From contig CP120459.1 in assembly GCA_034226945.1 (NCBI GenBank), positions 620,001 through 684,000 of the forward strand: a stretch of 64,000 nucleotides of DNA, written 5' to 3'. The notes beneath the pieces were generated by a model, which saw only the letters and a program-made list of their open reading frames with translations, had not been told where the DNA came from and did not search any database. Below, in pieces: positions 59,183 through 64,000 of this stretch; within the stretch, counting starts at the first letter, position 1, and each line of letters opens with the position of its first letter. The stretch is from Picochlorum sp. SENEW3 (lineage: Eukaryota). Made by a program: the position numbers and the translations under genes.

Positions 59183-62182
59183 ATGGCATTTCTCGAGGAC
59201 AGTGAGGAGAGAATTATTAGTGATTCAGAAGACTGGGCCGGCTATGAGTCTAACCCCTTTTGCTCGAGTAAGAAAGATGAGTTTGAAGGCAAGGAACGCA
59301 ACGTTTTCCTGCGGAATCGCTCTGGGCTCAAGGACCGCAGGCGAGAGCTGTCGACAGGAGAAAAGCGTTCGAAGTATCAATGTCAGGTGGACGAGGACTC
59401 GAGTCTTGCTTTTCGGGAGAATGACACAAGTGGTGCTCGTGTGCCTGGGCTTTCTTGGGAAGTAGATTTGTCTAGGAGTAAGGCAACCGTCAGGTCTTGC
59501 TCAAGAAAGATTGCGAAGCATTCTTTTTTGGACAAAGATCCAAAAGTTTTAGATGCGAAGCTCGAGCGGGAAAGGAGTGTGAATGTCGACTCTGGCGTCA
59601 AGCCAAGTGTTGCTGTGTTTCCTCAAGGCAAGCAGGCTGCAGAAGCAAGCGCAGTTAGAATGTGTACGAGGGAGGATGGTGCGACCGTTATTACTGCATC
59701 ACATAACCAGGGAAAAAGTCGTGATGATCCGGTCAAGGTGAAAGGGAACAATGGTTGGGGGAATAATTTTGTTCGTCTTAATCTCAAAGTATGTGATCGT
59801 GTGATTTAAGTTCTTTGTTTTGTATCACTGACATGTCTAATACTTGGCTTCCAGAAATTCAACAGTAACATAGGACGGGTCAAAGGAGCACGCAAGTTCA
59901 AAAGAAAATTTAAATCAAAATGGAAGACTGAGCCTATGAGACAAGTTGGAGACGGAGCAAATTACATGTGTGGTTGGGAGCATGGCAGTTCCCTGAGGTG
60001 CTATAAATGTGGACAAATGGGGCATTTTTCGTCCTCTTGTACTAACAGTCAGATGGTCGATGCAGATTCTTGCTCGATGGACTTGCTCTCAAGCAATGAT
60101 GACGAGCCTACTAATCTTCCATCATCGAAGGACCTTAACCCTTCGGATGACACATCTTCTCAGAAAGGACCGTTGTACAAATGGAGTACAGAGAGATGTC
60201 AACAGGACATTTTAAACATATTGGAAGCTAAATTTGGATATAAAGCATTTCGAGGGAGCCAGGAAGAAACGATCCTGAAAGTATTGCATGGGGAGTCATG
60301 TTTGAATATCATGCCAACTGGTATGGGTAAATCTTTATGCTACCAGCTTCCTGCGTTCTTTTTAGAAGGTCCTGTGGTAGTAATATCTCCCCTGATTGCT
60401 TTAATGCAAGATCAATGTTCTGCAGCACCGCTGGAGTTGAATGCCGCAGTCCTTTGGTCAGGACAATCTCCTATGGAAGCAAAACGTATTCTTGATGATT
60501 TAAAGAACGGAAAAATAAGGCTTGTGTTCATTAGTCCTGAAAGAGTAACTAATCAGCATTTTTTGGAGGCAATCAGACCATGGCTCCCCCTGCAGCTGTT
60601 AGTGATTGATGAAGCACACTGCATTTCTGAATGGGGACATTCTTTCAGGCCATCATATTATCGATTGGGAAACGTTATCAGATCCGAACTCCTGTCCAAA
60701 AGTATTCTAGCATTGACAGCGACTGCTACTTATGATACAGAGCTATGCATGCGAGATTGTTTAGGTATAAGTGCAGAAAACACTTTTCGGTGCACTGAAA
60801 TTAGGCCAAACATTGAAATCAGTGTCGAAATGCTCAGTGCTTTTCCGACGAAAACTGACAAGTGGCAGGACATAACCAAAAAGTTGAGCGTGATAATATC
60901 AACCTCCACTAGGGCAATAATATACTGCAGTTATCGGAAAGATGCTGATGATTTGACCAGATCCTTGACTGTGGCAGGAGTCAGGGCCAAGTCATATCAT
61001 AGTGGGACTTTTGCCACGGAAAGGGAAAAGATTCTTTCTTCATTCGTCAAGGGAATACTCAAAGTTGTTGTTGCTACTACTGCTTTTGGTATGGGGGTGA
61101 ATATTGCGAATGTTGATTTGGTGGTGCATGCATCCATGCCCAGGAGCCTTGAAGAATACGTTCAGCAGATAGGTAGAGCAGGACGAAGTGGGCAGCACTC
61201 CAAATGCGTGTGCTTTTTATCTGAAAGTGATTTTTTTACTCTCAGATCATTGGCTGTGAATCCTTATTTAAACCAGAAGGTAATCAATAAGGTGGTAGAT
61301 GCTACCATAGGTGATTACAGAGGGAAGTATCAAATCATACATTTGAAGGAATTTTCATCTGCTAGCGTTCCAGAAGAGACTATAGAGAGTATCATCTGCT
61401 ATTTAGAGAATGAATATACTCCGCTATTGACGTATTTTGGGAAAGTCCCACAAAAAGCAAGGGTTTCCTTCTATGCAAAACCGCCAGAGGAGATGAAGGA
61501 TATATCACTGGTTAACACGATTATTCAGTGCACAAAACCCAGATCTGGAGTATATCATGTTGACATCGCCGCCTTGTGCAGTAAAAATGGTTTATCTCCC
61601 TCGAAAAATTTCGAGGAATTGGCAGCTTTGTCCCAGAGAGGCCTCATTGGCTTTCAGGCCTCAAAAGAGGTTGGGTTCTGTGTTCGAATTGATAGCATTA
61701 TCGATTCTGGATGCAAAGACAAAGTTGCTGCAGGTGTGTTAAAGTGGCTTCGAAAAGTCAATTCTATTTCTATTCAAAAGTTGGACACTGCATTCAAAGC
61801 ATTTCAAGCAACCTCGCTGATTGATAAAGAAAGCCAAGGGAAAGCTCTTCAGTCTGTTTTAAATTGTTACTTCAGCGTCAATAACATTGATCAAGTAGAA
61901 AGTACAATCAATAGCATTATCTCAGCTCATAATTTACAGTCAGAGTGTGTTTTCCCTGTGAAGCGAGGAGGAACAGAAATAACTGGTGCAGTAAAGGCTG
62001 TGGAACGAAAAGCTTGTCAGCAAGGTTTTGAAATCTCAGCCGTCGAAATCGCCAATATTCTGCATGGAGTTGGCAGGGACAAGTCCTTCAAGAATAGCAT
62101 GGGACTGTTTTGGGGCAGCATGAAGAAGTATGACTATATCGATGTCCTTACAATTGCTCATAATTTATTTGAATTGAAATGA
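59183..62182 (+). CDS. RecQ4-like DNA helicase (Sld2-like motif, Zn knuckle)
   Basis: 'NFVRLNLK', 'CYKCGQMGH', 'MPTGMGKSLCYQ', 'DEAHCISEWGHSFRPSY' and 'QQIGRAGR'; one intron about 59789-59854. Confidence 0.88.
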
Positions 62183-62228
62183 ATCAATATTCATGTGGAC
62201 CTGTACAAAGTTGAATACAAGTATCAAA

Positions 62229-64000
62229 TCATTTATCAAAAAGCTTTGCAAATGGCCTTTTCTCTACAGTTATCTCTTCCTGAGCATCAGTTTTTGCTGC
62301 ATTGTCATTGTCAATCATTCCCATCCATTTTGAATTACTCAATCCATCTAGGAACGAGAGGATCGATGTTGTTGGATGAATAACGTCTAGTGCAGAGAGG
62401 TTACACTCCTCTTTCAAGGTCCCAGTGCCCTCTTTTCCTTGTTCCCTTTGTTTGCTATTATTACCAGGTGACTCTGTTGGGTAACAAGAGTCGAATATTC
62501 CCTTCAGAGTTCGAATGGGAGAGCTATCAGCAGCATCAAACCGATGAAACTCGCTAGGCAACTTGAAAGACGAAGGTGGTGAAAGTGAAGCAATATTGAG
62601 ATGCAAATCTTCCTGCATATTTGATTGTGGTGTCGATGCTGGGGGCATCTTCTGAGGACTGCTCAAATTCTCTGGCGTAGTTGTCTTTAGTGCCTCAGCG
62701 ATCGAAAGTCGCACTTTAGGGTCTTGATTTTGCAAGGCTTCAAGCAGTGATTCTTCCTTTTTGTCCGCAATGGACCAGGAAGGATCAAATGCTGGATGTT
62801 TCTTAATGGACACCTGAGATGACCCTCTGGCAGGAAGATGAGATGGACAATACTTTCCTTGCATCAGGTTGTAGTTTTGAATCTGCTGCATTGCACCAGC
62901 ATATTGCATCCAGCCGTTTTTCAAAATCTTTCCTGGTGGTACCTCATTTGGCAGGCCATTAGAGACCCTCTTCTTCTGCCTTTTTGCTTTCTTCTCCTTC
63001 TCCACCGGCTGTGATCCTAGGAGTCTATTCAGGCCTATTGGAATTCTTTTCTGTTCTACAAATTCAAAGACGTTGTTGCCACCTGGTCGCTGTTTTGGTG
63101 AACTGTCAATAGGTGATGGTGGTTTCAACTTTGATATCGGGCTAAATACAGGCAAGCTGTCAGAATTCAAAATATCCATCAGCGATTTCCTCCCATCCTC
63201 CTCGGGACTCGCCCTTGACTTCTTCTCAATATGATTCGTATGGATAACAGCAGTCGCTGGTATAGAGGTTGGAGCATATGATTCCCAAACATACCCTAAT
63301 GTTGATGGTGAAGAGATTTGCAAAGCAAACATTAAATCCACCAGCTACAGGCAAAGAAAGAGGAAATAAGTTCATCTACAGGATATCTGTATAAGACTAT
63401 ACAAAGAACGCACCGTGAGCTCTCTATCACGAATGGGGTCACCCCAGCTAAGTGGCTTTAGGGCCACAGGCCCCCCTTCAGGTGCCTTCAACCTGACACC
63501 ACCTTTTCCCAGATGGCGCAAAGCCACGTCCCAAGAATTACGAAGCTGATCTATGATACCAACAATCTTTTGAGAAGGATTAAAGCTCAATCTCGGACAT
63601 GGATCGCATCCAGAAGAAGCTATACTATTTGCAAGATTCTCATCAAATGGCACCAGCAAAATTTCGACACGTTGCGCAGCATACAGATTGGCCATGGCAT
63701 CTGCAGGCTCCTTGACATGATGACTTTCACTTCCTATTTGCTGTGGATTCGATTTACTTGTTTCTACAGGAGGTGATACTATCCTGTCAACACCGGACAA
63801 CTCCTCAACAGAATCCTGTTTCTTTTGAGTCCTCTTTGGGGCAACAAATGTATCGTAAAATTTTATCAGGATACTGTGCATCTTTCTGTTTGTCATACCG
63901 CACGTTTCTTTACCCTTAACTAGCCATTGGAATGTTTTCTGGTAAAAGGCACAAACTTGCTCGACCGTCTTAGAGCCAAGGGTGCTCGAGATGTCTCGAC
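62229..64000 (-). CDS. TSL-kinase interacting protein 1 (TKI1)/Cramped-like protein, 3' part
   Basis: 'VEILLVPFDE...CDPCPRLSFNPSQKIVGIIDQLRNSW' resembles the TKI1 ubiquitin-like segment; intron about 63347-63413; 5' end outside the window. Confidence 0.55.

Noticed and set aside
1..64000. CRISPR arrays, rRNA, spliceosomal snRNAs, transposase/RT genes, selenoprotein UGA readthrough
   Set aside because: None recognised by eye; apparent ORF breaks are explained by GT-AG introns.

Overview
Gene-dense eukaryotic nuclear DNA from a compact green alga. The short GTAYGT/GTGCGT...YAG introns (mostly 50-120 nt), TGTAA poly(A) signals and plastid-targeted genes fit a chlorophyte; a Picochlorum-like trebouxiophyte is my inference. 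About 40 protein genes are recognisable, including Grx, cathepsin Z, MET1/TEF30, Tic100, ARL8, SQD2, SNAPC4, Twinkle, CCT1, HAKAI, CPSF73, TOM7, a P4-ATPase, RPL31, RPL27, CDS, PurM, myosin XI, PP7, CysQ, CBP80, LeuC, PRP4, UMP1, a Cu-ATPase, GPDH and RecQ4. The standout is a circularly permuted tRNA-Thr(AGU) gene at 22091-22179: the 3' half lies upstream of the 5' half, the junction at 37/38 can form a splicing-endonuclease-type motif, and there is an upstream TATA-like box and a T5 terminator. Other non-coding oddities are a long structured purM intron with mutually exclusive stems over a cryptic acceptor, a TATA-preceded multi-hairpin ncRNA candidate at about 30380-30610, a phased array of perfect palindromes at 21584-21638, and a GC-rich structured RPL27 intron. 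Gene identities come from recalled motifs and exon boundaries were read by eye, so neither is database-verified.
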